From positions 441 to 64,440 of the forward strand of contig JACZSK010000005.1 in the NCBI GenBank assembly GCA_022574255.1: a stretch of DNA of 64,000 bases, written 5' to 3'. The translations under genes and the position numbers were made by a program. Shown piece after piece: positions 18,532-26,982 of the stretch (position 1 is its first letter; the number at the start of each line of letters is the position of its first letter). The notes beneath the pieces were generated by a model. It was given only the letters and a program-made list of their open reading frames with translations, did not search any database and was not told the DNA's origin. This DNA is from Pseudomonadota bacterium (GTDB lineage Bacteria; Pseudomonadota; Alphaproteobacteria; Sphingomonadales; SMXR01).

Positions 18532-21225
18532 ATGTTCGCTATCAGGCCGAATGCTAATTGCTTCCGGAAAATAACGCATGTTCTTGTTCCGGCAATGTTT
18601 TTCTTTGCCGCCGCCAGCGCGGCTGCTCAGCAGATTCCCGACGACATACTTCGCGAATTGCAGGGTCAGAAAGGGCAGACGCAACGTAATGCCCAGTCGC
18701 CGCTGGATCGCGCCAGGTCTGATACACCGCTAGCCGCGCTCCCGGATCACCAGATGTTGGCTGAGCCGTCACGGCTTGAGCTGGATTACCGCAGCAGATC
18801 CGGCGTCGAGGAACTGGAGCAGTTCGGATACAACATATTTAATCGCCGGGTCTTGCCTGCCGAGCTCGCTTTTGGCCGCATTTCAGACAGCTATATTCTG
18901 GGAATAGGCGACGAGATTGTTATTTCGTTCGTGGGGTCGGTCGATAAATCATATGTGACCAAAGTGGACCGCGAAGGTCGCGTTGTGCTTCCCGACCTGC
19001 CGCCGGTTATCGCGGCCGGGCGGCCGTTCGGCGAATTCAGCCGCGAACTCAGGGCCCGTGTCGCATCCGCCATGCTGGGCACCGAGGCCTATGTGTCGCT
19101 GGGTGATGTCAGGCATCTGGGTGTTTTCGTACTGGGAGAAGTAGAACAGCCAGGCCTCCATAATGTTACAAGCCTGACTTCCGTGCTGGAGGCGCTCGCG
19201 GTGGCGGGCGGCGTAAAGAAAAGCGGTACGCTGAGAAATATTCGTGTCGATGCGAATGGCGAAAGTCGCGTCGTGGATATTTATGGCCTGATGATGAACG
19301 GCGCTGGCGCCGATGTGCGCCTGACCGACGGCGCGCGTATTATCGTGCCCACGATCGGCCCAAACATTGCGGTTATTGGCGAGGTTATTCGTCCCGCGAT
19401 ATACGAACTTGCACCGGGCGAGAGCTCGATCGTGGCTGCGGATTTACTAAAAATGGCCGGCGGGCCCCTGCGGCCGCGTGGCAACCGTTATACGCTGAAC
19501 CAGATCAGAGATGACGGCGGCCAGTATCTTTCCGGTCTCTCTGATCTTGGCCAGACGGTATCGGATGGCGCCATTCTGCATGTGGCGCCGGGGAAAAATA
19601 TTATCAGCGGTGTTGCCACCCTGGTTGGGCATGTGGGGGTGGAGGGTGACCGGTCGCTGTCGGCAGCGCCCACCCTGTCCGCACTAATCGGGGGCCCCGA
19701 TGGCCTGGGGCAGACACCCTATCTTCTGTTGGGTATTATCGAAACCACGGACATTGGCACCCAGTCGCGGCTGTACAAGGCCGTGAACCTGGAACGCGTT
19801 CTTGCTGGCGCCGAGGACGTTGAACTTCGCGATCAGGATAAAGTGTTCGTTTTGTCCGCTGATGATGTGCGGTTTCTCTCCGACGCTGCCGTTCGCAATC
19901 TTATTCTTACTGGCAACGCGCATGAGAAAAGCTGTCCTGCTCTTCAGGAGTTGTCGAAATTCGTAAACGAAACAGACGTGAATCGTTTTGCTGCCGTGAC
20001 CCGCAGCGTGTTTGTAACAGACCAGGAGAATAGAGACGCTGAAGGCAAAAAAACTACTGCAGACCTCGGCGGACAGCCGGCGATACCGCTTCAGCCCCAG
20101 AGCGCGGTTTTAGTTCCGGGGCAGACCGGCGTGCTTTCCACCGAGGAGACCCGGCAGACAGAGCTCAGAGGCAAGGAATGCAGCAAGTTATTTGACGAAT
20201 ACGGTCAATTGCTTCCGTTCGTTCTGGAGCACGCCGTCTCGGTGACCGGCGCCATTCGCCGTCCAGGCGTTTACCCGGTGGCGCAAAGAACGAGTCTGGC
20301 GTCAGTGGCGGCGGTAGCCGGTGGATTTGCCAATAATGCAGATGTCGGGAATATCGAGGTGCTGACATATTCCGGATTTTCTGGCGGTGCGGATGCCGCC
20401 GGGCGGAAATATTACGATATTTCGAAAGTTTCCTTGTCGCAGGTAGATATCATTGCCGGCAGCAGCGTGAGATTTAATCCGCTGATTTCGGATCAGGAAT
20501 CCGGCTCGATCTTGTTGACCGGAGAGTTCAAAAGGCCCGGAGTCTATTCGATCGCGCGAGGCGAGAAACTTAGCCAGCTTATGGAACGGGCTGGCGGCCT
20601 GACTGACCTGGCATTTCCCTACGGGGCCAGCCTGACGCGCGTAAGCGTCAAAAAGGCGCAAGAGGAAGGCTTTCGCCGCGCTGCCCGAGATCTCAACAAT
20701 GCCATGGCGGTCGCTGTGCTGAGAAGGAATATCAGCGCCGATGCCATTCTTGCCGCGCAGCAACTGACAAATAGTCTGGCGGCGGTGGAAGCGCCGGGCA
20801 GGGTTGTCATTGAATCCGACCCGGCGGTGCTGCGCACCCAGCCGGGCAAGGACACCGTGCTGGAGCCGGGTGATCATATCTATATGCCGAAGCGGCCAAA
20901 TTTTGTAGTCGTAGCCGGTGATGTTCTGAACCCGGGAGCATTGCAATTCGAGCCGGGCAAGGGCGTCGAGGATTATGTTGACGAATCCGGCGGCCTGCAA
21001 AATACAGCCGACAATGATCGCGTGTTTGTTGTTTACCCCAATGGCGTGGCCGAGCCTGTAAATATTTCACGCTGGGCGTTTTCATCCATACAGGTGCCGC
21101 CCGGAAGCACGATCGTGGTGCCAAAGGATACCTCACCGCTGAAGATGGAGTTCGTGCGCGATATCGCGACCATTTTCAGCCAGCTTGCATTGTCGGCGGC
21201 GTCGATTGCCGTTATTTCCAGGTGA
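18532..21225 (+). CDS. Polysaccharide export protein, Poly_export domain plus six SLBB-type repeats (Wza/GfcC/YjbG-like)
   Basis: YILGIGDEIVISFVG (Poly_export-like) and six G-x-V-x-x-P-G...GG modules (listed in the findings). The signal peptide ends AAASAAA/QQ. I prefer ATG 18532 (AGGA 9 nt upstream); ATG 18478 is the alternative. Confidence 0.8.
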   Translation: MFAIRPNANCFRKITHVLVPAMFFFAAASAAAQQIPDDILRELQGQKGQTQRNAQSPLDRARSDTPLAALPDHQMLAEPSRLELDYRSRSGVEELEQFGYNIFNRRVLPAELAFGRISDSYILGIGDEIVISFVGSVDKSYVTKVDREGRVVLPDLPPVIAAGRPFGEFSRELRARVASAMLGTEAYVSLGDVRHLGVFVLGEVEQPGLHNVTSLTSVLEALAVAGGVKKSGTLRNIRVDANGESRVVDIYGLMMNGAGADVRLTDGARIIVPTIGPNIAVIGEVIRPAIYELAPGESSIVAADLLKMAGGPLRPRGNRYTLNQIRDDGGQYLSGLSDLGQTVSDGAILHVAPGKNIISGVATLVGHVGVEGDRSLSAAPTLSALIGGPDGLGQTPYLLLGIIETTDIGTQSRLYKAVNLERVLAGAEDVELRDQDKVFVLSADDVRFLSDAAVRNLILTGNAHEKSCPALQELSKFVNETDVNRFAAVTRSVFVTDQENRDAEGKKTTADLGGQPAIPLQPQSAVLVPGQTGVLSTEETRQTELRGKECSKLFDEYGQLLPFVLEHAVSVTGAIRRPGVYPVAQRTSLASVAAVAGGFANNADVGNIEVLTYSGFSGGADAAGRKYYDISKVSLSQVDIIAGSSVRFNPLISDQESGSILLTGEFKRPGVYSIARGEKLSQLMERAGGLTDLAFPYGASLTRVSVKKAQEEGFRRAARDLNNAMAVAVLRRNISADAILAAQQLTNSLAAVEAPGRVVIESDPAVLRTQPGKDTVLEPGDHIYMPKRPNFVVVAGDVLNPGALQFEPGKGVEDYVDESGGLQNTADNDRVFVVYPNGVAEPVNISRWAFSSIQVPPGSTIVVPKDTSPLKMEFVRDIATIFSQLALSAASIAVISR

Positions 21226-21249
21226 TGCCCCCGCTCCGGGCAGCATAAG

Positions 21250-24200
21250 GTGACTCCCATGCGGCAAATAACAGCGAGAACGTCGCACAACGGGAGAGCG
21301 CGTCTCAGACGCGCCCGCTGGTCAGCCAGCCTTTGCGCCCTGTTGCTTTTTGTGGCGCCCGAGGCCTCACTGGCCGAAACCGACCGCGACGACCTGGACA
21401 TATATTCGACCAATGATTTTGGCGGTATCGGCCTGCTGCAAACCCGCACCGCGCGCTTCGCGCTTGATGGTTCGTTTAACGTCGGTGTCAGTTTCGTCAA
21501 TCCCTTCCGCCGTTATTATATCAACTGGCAGATATTTCCCTGGCTTGAGGCAAATTTTCGTTACACCGACATTACCAATCGACCGGTTGGCGGTCAGCCG
21601 TTCGATCTGTCGCAGGGGCAGTTTCTGGAGAATTTGGTTGGTTTCCGCAGCGGCGGAACATTTCTTGATCGGGGCTTTGATCTGAAGGCGCGCTTGTGGC
21701 GGGAAGGGCGTATTCGCCCTGCGCTCGCCATTGGAATTCAGGACGCCTTGGGCACGGGAGAATTCGGCGGTGAATATCTGGTCGCCAGCAAACGATTCCG
21801 CCGGCTGGATTTACATGTAGGGCTTGGCTGGGGATATTTGGGCAACAGGGGATTTCTGCCCAATCCGTTGAAAATATTTGGCGGCAGATTTGACGACAGA
21901 AACGCCGTGGTGGGCCAGGGCGGAAAACCGAGCCTGGGCAACTTCTTTGCCGGAGACCGTATCGCCCTTTTTGGTGGCCTGGAATACCACACCGGGATCG
22001 ACGGCCTCAGTTTCAAGCTGGAATATAACGGATCTGATCCAGCGCTTGAGGTGAAAAGCGGCCCGCTGGATGAGGATATCCCCGTGAACCTGGGATTCAA
22101 TTACCGGCCGGTATCATGGTTCGATCTGTCCCTTGGTTGGGAGCGGGGCAATTCTCTGATGATCCGCACTTCCCTTCGCGCCAATTTCAGCGGTAAGGGC
22201 ATACCAAAAAAAGATCCTGTCCAGCCCGCCGCCAGGCCGGACGAAATTCCCCAAGGTGAATTAGGCGCCATTGAGGCCGATCTGGATTTGATTCGTTCCG
22301 GTCGCGCTGACCTGGACGCTCTGTACAGTGAACTTGAGGAACAAGGCATAAGGGTTGCGTCGCTGGATTTGGGGCCTTCTGCGGCAACCATTCGGGCAAG
22401 CCGGCCAACGGGTGCTGGCCGCGAGATGTTATGGCCACTGAAGGCGGCGCGTATTCTTTTCCGATACCTTCCAGACAAGGTGAAGCGTGTAACCATCCAC
22501 GCCCTGGGCGGCCAGGATGGCATCGGCGGCGAAACGGAAAATGCCAGAATCTACACGCGCAGCGGTTTGCGCCTGGCCAATAAACTGGAAAAAAGCCCCG
22601 TCGGGCCGGAAGGATCAGGGGCAGGCTACCAAAGCATAATGCTGAGCGCCCGCCATCTGGAGCTTCGCCTTGCCGGTGAGGGGCTGCAGGTTGTGCCGCC
22701 CGCCGAGCATAATATTCCCGACCTGTCCGTCGCCTACATACGAAGCGTCGCCCTTTACGCGGACGGCGCGTTGCTTTTTGAAACCGACTATCTTGCCCTG
22801 GTGGCCGGCAATCAGGCGGATCAATTGTTCGAGTATCTGGCCGCGTCGGATGTCGATGCCGATGCAATCACCATAAGAGGTGCGCGGATGGAGGTGCTCT
22901 CGGACGCGCCGGGCGTGTCATTGATGATCGGGGGCGATCGTTCCATTGCCTCATTTGCCGATGAAACCGGTATTGACCGGATAAGCCTGGTTAGTGCCGC
23001 CAGCGCGTCGGTGTCTGGTGCGACCATTGATGGCGCCGGCGCCGGGGCAGATGTGGCGACGCGTATTTTCCGCGAACTGGCCCAGGTCGGCTACACCGCT
23101 TACGCACTCCATGCAAGCGGCGTCGAGGCGGAGATTCACATTTCCAAAACAAGATATTTGCAGGTTCCCAGGAATGTGGGCTGGGTGGCCAAGATCGCGG
23201 CCCGGCATTTGCCGCCTGAAATTGAATTGATCACCGTGGTGCAGCTTGCAGAAGGCGCCGAGACAAGCCGCATAAGCGTGCTGAGAGCAGATCTTGAGCG
23301 CTACGACGACGGACGCGGAAGCCCCGAAGAAACCTGGGCGAACGCGCGTATCAACGACCCGCGCGCCGGTTTGGCAATTGCTCAAGGTGCGTATCGAAAC
23401 GAAGATGCTTTTCCGGACTTCTCCTGGTGGCTTCGGCCCCTGTTACTGCAGCATATTGGCGATCCCGATTCGGGCATATATGTGGCCGACGTAAACCTGG
23501 CGTTGGGAGGAAGCTTCAGCCCGTCTCCCGGGTGGAGAATAACCGGCGAAGTGCGCCAGTTTCTGTTCGGGAATTTGGACCGCGTTACCAGAGCAAGCGA
23601 CAGCAGTCTGCCGCGCGTAAGAAGCGACATCGTTCAGTATCTGCGCGAGGGTCGCACCGCCATCGGCCGGTTGCAAGCCGACTATGTAACCAGCCTCAGG
23701 CCAGACCTTTATTTCCGCGCCTCGGCGGGTCTTTTCGAGAGCATGTTCGGGGGTGTGGGGGCTGAGTTGCTCTATCGTCCACACGATGCCCGCTGGGCTC
23801 TCGGCGGCGACATCAACTGGGTCAAGCAGCGCGACTTCGACCAGCTTGTGAATTTTCGCGACTATCAGGTGCTGACCGGCCATATGAGCCTGTACTACGA
23901 CTGGCCCTTCTATGACCTGCGCACGATTGTCAGCGCCGGGCGGTATCTGGCGGGTGATTACGGCGTCACAATTGACGTGTCGCGGCGGTTCAAGAGCGGT
24001 GTGCGGGTGGGCGCCTTTGCCACTTTCACCGACGTAGGTTTCGAGGAATTCGGCGAAGGCAGCTTCGATAAAGCATTTTATGTGTCGCTGCCGCTGGATT
24101 TGCTGTTGCCGATTTCGACGCGCCAAAGGAGCACCGCCCTGTTCCGGCCGTTGACCCGCGATGGCGGCCAGCGCTTGTCCATCGGGCCAAGATTGTTCGA

Positions 24201-24261
24201 TCTGGTCGACGACAGCAGCGACCGGGCCCTTAACCGGGACTGGGGCCGCATATTCGACTGA
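21250..24261 (+). CDS. YjbH/GfcD-like outer-membrane protein, enlarged
   Basis: 1003 aa. N-terminal DFGGIGLLQTRTARF...FPWLEANFRYTDI...GEYLVASKRF...GLGWGYLG. C-terminal LPRVRSDIVQYL...GGVGAELLYRP...NWVKQRDF...GEGSFDKAFYVSLPLD...PLTRDGGQRL. This matches the YjbH family as I remember it. Confidence 0.8.
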   Translation: MTPMRQITARTSHNGRARLRRARWSASLCALLLFVAPEASLAETDRDDLDIYSTNDFGGIGLLQTRTARFALDGSFNVGVSFVNPFRRYYINWQIFPWLEANFRYTDITNRPVGGQPFDLSQGQFLENLVGFRSGGTFLDRGFDLKARLWREGRIRPALAIGIQDALGTGEFGGEYLVASKRFRRLDLHVGLGWGYLGNRGFLPNPLKIFGGRFDDRNAVVGQGGKPSLGNFFAGDRIALFGGLEYHTGIDGLSFKLEYNGSDPALEVKSGPLDEDIPVNLGFNYRPVSWFDLSLGWERGNSLMIRTSLRANFSGKGIPKKDPVQPAARPDEIPQGELGAIEADLDLIRSGRADLDALYSELEEQGIRVASLDLGPSAATIRASRPTGAGREMLWPLKAARILFRYLPDKVKRVTIHALGGQDGIGGETENARIYTRSGLRLANKLEKSPVGPEGSGAGYQSIMLSARHLELRLAGEGLQVVPPAEHNIPDLSVAYIRSVALYADGALLFETDYLALVAGNQADQLFEYLAASDVDADAITIRGARMEVLSDAPGVSLMIGGDRSIASFADETGIDRISLVSAASASVSGATIDGAGAGADVATRIFRELAQVGYTAYALHASGVEAEIHISKTRYLQVPRNVGWVAKIAARHLPPEIELITVVQLAEGAETSRISVLRADLERYDDGRGSPEETWANARINDPRAGLAIAQGAYRNEDAFPDFSWWLRPLLLQHIGDPDSGIYVADVNLALGGSFSPSPGWRITGEVRQFLFGNLDRVTRASDSSLPRVRSDIVQYLREGRTAIGRLQADYVTSLRPDLYFRASAGLFESMFGGVGAELLYRPHDARWALGGDINWVKQRDFDQLVNFRDYQVLTGHMSLYYDWPFYDLRTIVSAGRYLAGDYGVTIDVSRRFKSGVRVGAFATFTDVGFEEFGEGSFDKAFYVSLPLDLLLPISTRQRSTALFRPLTRDGGQRLSIGPRLFDLVDDSSDRALNRDWGRIFD

Positions 24262-24263
24262 CT

Positions 24264-24308
24264 GGCCTGCCTGACCACCGGCCTGCCTGACCGCCGGCCT
24301 GCCTGACC
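24264..24308. repeat. 16-bp tandem repeat (2.8 units) in the convergent spacer between the yjbH-like and epimerase genes
   Basis: Read directly: ggcctgcctgaccacc / ggcctgcctgaccgcc / ggcctgcctgacc. The last unit touches the epimerase stop codon. Confidence 0.85.
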
Positions 24309-25306
24309 TAAGTGATCCCGTGGTAATCCTTGTACCAGGCAATAAAATTGGGAATCCCCACGTCGATCGCCGTGGTCGGCTGGAAGCCGAAGTCAGCTTG
24401 GATGGCGCTGATATCCGCTGAAGTTTCCTTGACGTCGCCGGGCTGCATCGGCTCCATGATCTTTTCGGCCTTCAGGCCCAGCGTATCCTCGATGATTTCA
24501 ATCATATGCATCAATGATTCGGTCTGGTTGTTGCCGATGTTGTACAAGCGGTGCGGCGCGTCCGATCCAAATGTGTAGCTGCGGCCATCGTCCGCTGGCG
24601 GGTTATCCAGCGCCGCCACCAGCCCCTGGATAATGTCGTCGATATAGGTGAAATCACGGCGCATGTCGCCGTGGTTGAATACATGGATCGGTTTCCCCGC
24701 CAGGATGGCTTCGGTAAAAAGCCACAGCGCCATATCGGGCCGCCCCCAGGGACCATAAACGGTGAAAAAACGCAGACCGGTTTGTGGCATGCGGTACAGG
24801 TGACTGTAGCACTGGCTCATTAATTCATCGGTTTTCTTGGATGCGGCATACAGCGATACCGGCGTATCAACCCGGTCGTCGACCGAGAATGGCTGTTTCT
24901 TGTTGCCGCCATAAACCGAACTTGAACTGGCGTAGACCAGGTGATCGACGCTCTCTTCGTGGCGGCAGAATTCCAGGATATTCAAATGCCCGATGATATT
25001 GGTCTGGGCATATATGAACGGGTTGGTCAGCGAATAGCGAACACCGGCCTGTGCCCCAAGATGCACGACACGACGAATGTCTTTGTCTCTCAGCGCTGCG
25101 GTGAGCGCATCGAAATCCGTGAAATCCAGCTTGATAAAGGTGAATTTATCCGACGCTTCCAGTTGCTCCAGGCGCGCCTTCTTCAAGTCCACAGAGTAAT
25201 AATCGTTCAGGTTATCGATGCCGATAACATGCTCGCCCCGGGCCAAAAGATGCCGCGCCAGACTGGACCCGATAAAGCCCGCCGCGCCGGTGATCAGAAT
25301 TGTCAT
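24308..25306 (-). CDS. NAD-dependent nucleotide-sugar epimerase (UDP-glucuronate 4-epimerase-like, extended SDR)
   Basis: 332 aa with Rossmann motif ILITGAAGFIGS, YASSSSVYG and catalytic YAASK (YxxxK). Confidence 0.85.
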   Translation of the reverse strand: MTILITGAAGFIGSSLARHLLARGEHVIGIDNLNDYYSVDLKKARLEQLEASDKFTFIKLDFTDFDALTAALRDKDIRRVVHLGAQAGVRYSLTNPFIYAQTNIIGHLNILEFCRHEESVDHLVYASSSSVYGGNKKQPFSVDDRVDTPVSLYAASKKTDELMSQCYSHLYRMPQTGLRFFTVYGPWGRPDMALWLFTEAILAGKPIHVFNHGDMRRDFTYIDDIIQGLVAALDNPPADDGRSYTFGSDAPHRLYNIGNNQTESLMHMIEIIEDTLGLKAEKIMEPMQPGDVKETSADISAIQADFGFQPTTAIDVGIPNFIAWYKDYHGIT

Positions 25307-25527
25307 AAACCGCTCCGGATTTTCTGGTACCTGCGGGCGGGCGCCAGGCGCCAGCAGGATAATTGGTTCGGGCCCTAATAACAGTCAGGCCCCTGATGGT
25401 GCAAGTGGAGCGGGGCCTCCGTGGTTTGGCGAGCCTGAAAGATAACAGCCGCAAGTTTAGCAAATCATTGACAAGGGCATGAGGAAAAAACCTTAATGGG
25501 GGCGGGACATTTGAATCAGGCAACCCT

Positions 25528-26547
25528 ATGTTTGGCAACTGGATTTTTTTGGCGGTCGGGGCTGCGGTCATCGCCCTTGCGGTTTGCCTTGCTGCCGGCC
25601 CCATGGCGCGGCGTCTCGGGGTTCTGACCCCCGGGGGTTCAACCCGGGAAGGAAAGCCGGATCCATCTGTCACCGCTCGTATTGGCGGCTTCGCGGTCGC
25701 GATACCCGCGCTCGCAGCCATGGGCTATCTTTTTTATGAAACCCGGGAGGGAGTCTACGCCGGCCTCGGGCTGGCCACTTTCGCCTTTTTGATTCTCGGA
25801 TATGCCGACGACAGGCGAAGCTTGGCGCCGGCTTACCGCTTGCTGCTCGCCCTCATATTCTCCGCTCTGGCCATTTATTATTCGCCCGGTCTTGAGGTCA
25901 GCTTTCTGCGCTTCAGTTTCCTCTCGAAGAGCCTTTTCCTTGACCAATGGGCGCCGGTATTCACCGTCCTGTGCGTTGTGGGACTTCAAAATGCCGTCTC
26001 CGCGGCAGGCGGCAGAAAGATTCTCCTCCCTGGCATCATGCTGTTTTGGGCAATGCTGTTGTTTTATCACGGGACCGCCAATCTTTATCCGCTGCTCTCG
26101 GCAATTGCCGCGGCGCTGGCGGTGGTGCTGGTGTTCGGCATCCGGGGCGGTCTTTCGCTGGGCAGTTCGGGCGCTCATTCGCTCGCAGTGCTGTTGGGCT
26201 GCATTGCGGTATATGCCTACAATCAGGGATTTCTGCTGGTCACGGCGGATACAGTGGTGCTGATGTTCCTGGTCCCCGTCCTCGATTTTCTGCGCCTTGC
26301 GATCTCCAGCGTGCTCGCCGGTTTTTCGCCTCTTGCCGCCGATCGGCCAAATCTCCTGCATCTCCTTTCAGAGGTTTTTGATCGGGACAGGGCGATGTTC
26401 GTTTATTTTGCTTTCGTGGCCATTCCCAATATTCTGGCGATACTGGTTCCCGCATGGACGGCGCTGTTGCTGGTGCTGGTTACGCTTGTTTATGCGGTAG
26501 CCTATACGGTTTTGTCGCGTCGCGCCCGGGGGCATACTCTGGCCTGA
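25528..26547 (+). CDS. Glycosyltransferase family 4 (WecA/MraY-like) polytopic membrane protein with degenerate catalytic motifs
   Basis: 339 aa and highly hydrophobic. Family landmarks occur in the canonical order: LGYADDRRSL, LQNAVSAAGGRKIL, LSLGSSGAHSLAVLLG, SPLAADRPNLLHLL. Several of the usually invariant Asp/His residues are substituted (see findings). Confidence 0.6.
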   Translation: MFGNWIFLAVGAAVIALAVCLAAGPMARRLGVLTPGGSTREGKPDPSVTARIGGFAVAIPALAAMGYLFYETREGVYAGLGLATFAFLILGYADDRRSLAPAYRLLLALIFSALAIYYSPGLEVSFLRFSFLSKSLFLDQWAPVFTVLCVVGLQNAVSAAGGRKILLPGIMLFWAMLLFYHGTANLYPLLSAIAAALAVVLVFGIRGGLSLGSSGAHSLAVLLGCIAVYAYNQGFLLVTADTVVLMFLVPVLDFLRLAISSVLAGFSPLAADRPNLLHLLSEVFDRDRAMFVYFAFVAIPNILAILVPAWTALLLVLVTLVYAVAYTVLSRRARGHTLA

Positions 26548-26659
26548 TTCCTGTTTTCGAGCCGCGCCCATCATTCGCCGCAGCTCCCTGCAAGCAACTC
26601 TTTACAGACGCGTTTCGCTTGTGCTTATGTGCGGCACGTTCCGGCACCGCATTCCCGGA

Positions 26660-26734
26660 TGGGGCGTAGCCAAGTGGTAAGGCAACGGGTTTTGATCCCG
26701 TGATTCGCAGGTTCGATCCCTGCCGCCCCAGCCA
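26660..26734 (+). tRNA. tRNA-Gln (anticodon UUG), CCA encoded
   Basis: TGGGGCGTAGCCAAGTGGTAAGGCAACGGGTTTTGATCCCGTGATTCGCAGGTTCGATCCCTGCCGCCCCAGCCA. It has a 7-bp acceptor stem with a U1-A72 pair, an anticodon stem ACGGG/CCCGT with loop TTTTGAT, and the T-arm GCAGG-TTCGATC-CCTGC. It is close to E. coli tRNA-Gln. Confidence 0.9.
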
Positions 26735-26778
26735 GCCATCTGAATCTGTAATGGAATTACGCATTCCGGCCCCCCCGC

Positions 26779-26982
26779 CTACTCCAACAGGCAGAGTACG
26801 CCGTAGCAACTGTCAAAGCCGTAGCGGAAGATCAGGTAGAAGATAATATCCAGCAGCAGGAGGCCGCCGAAGAAGGGCAGCAGCAGATATTGCGCCAGCC
26901 GTCCCCAGGCCCACATGGTCAGCCGCGGTGGCGGCAGGCTGTGCCCCATGATATTTTCCGGCGTTGCTCTTTTGCTGGCCAT
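26779..26982 (-). CDS. Hypothetical small membrane protein (67 aa)
   Basis: ATG start and a long hydrophobic segment WAWGRLAQYLLLPFFGGLLLLDIIFYLIF. I recognise no family. Confidence 0.3.
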   Translation of the reverse strand: MASKRATPENIMGHSLPPPRLTMWAWGRLAQYLLLPFFGGLLLLDIIFYLIFRYGFDSCYGVLCLLE

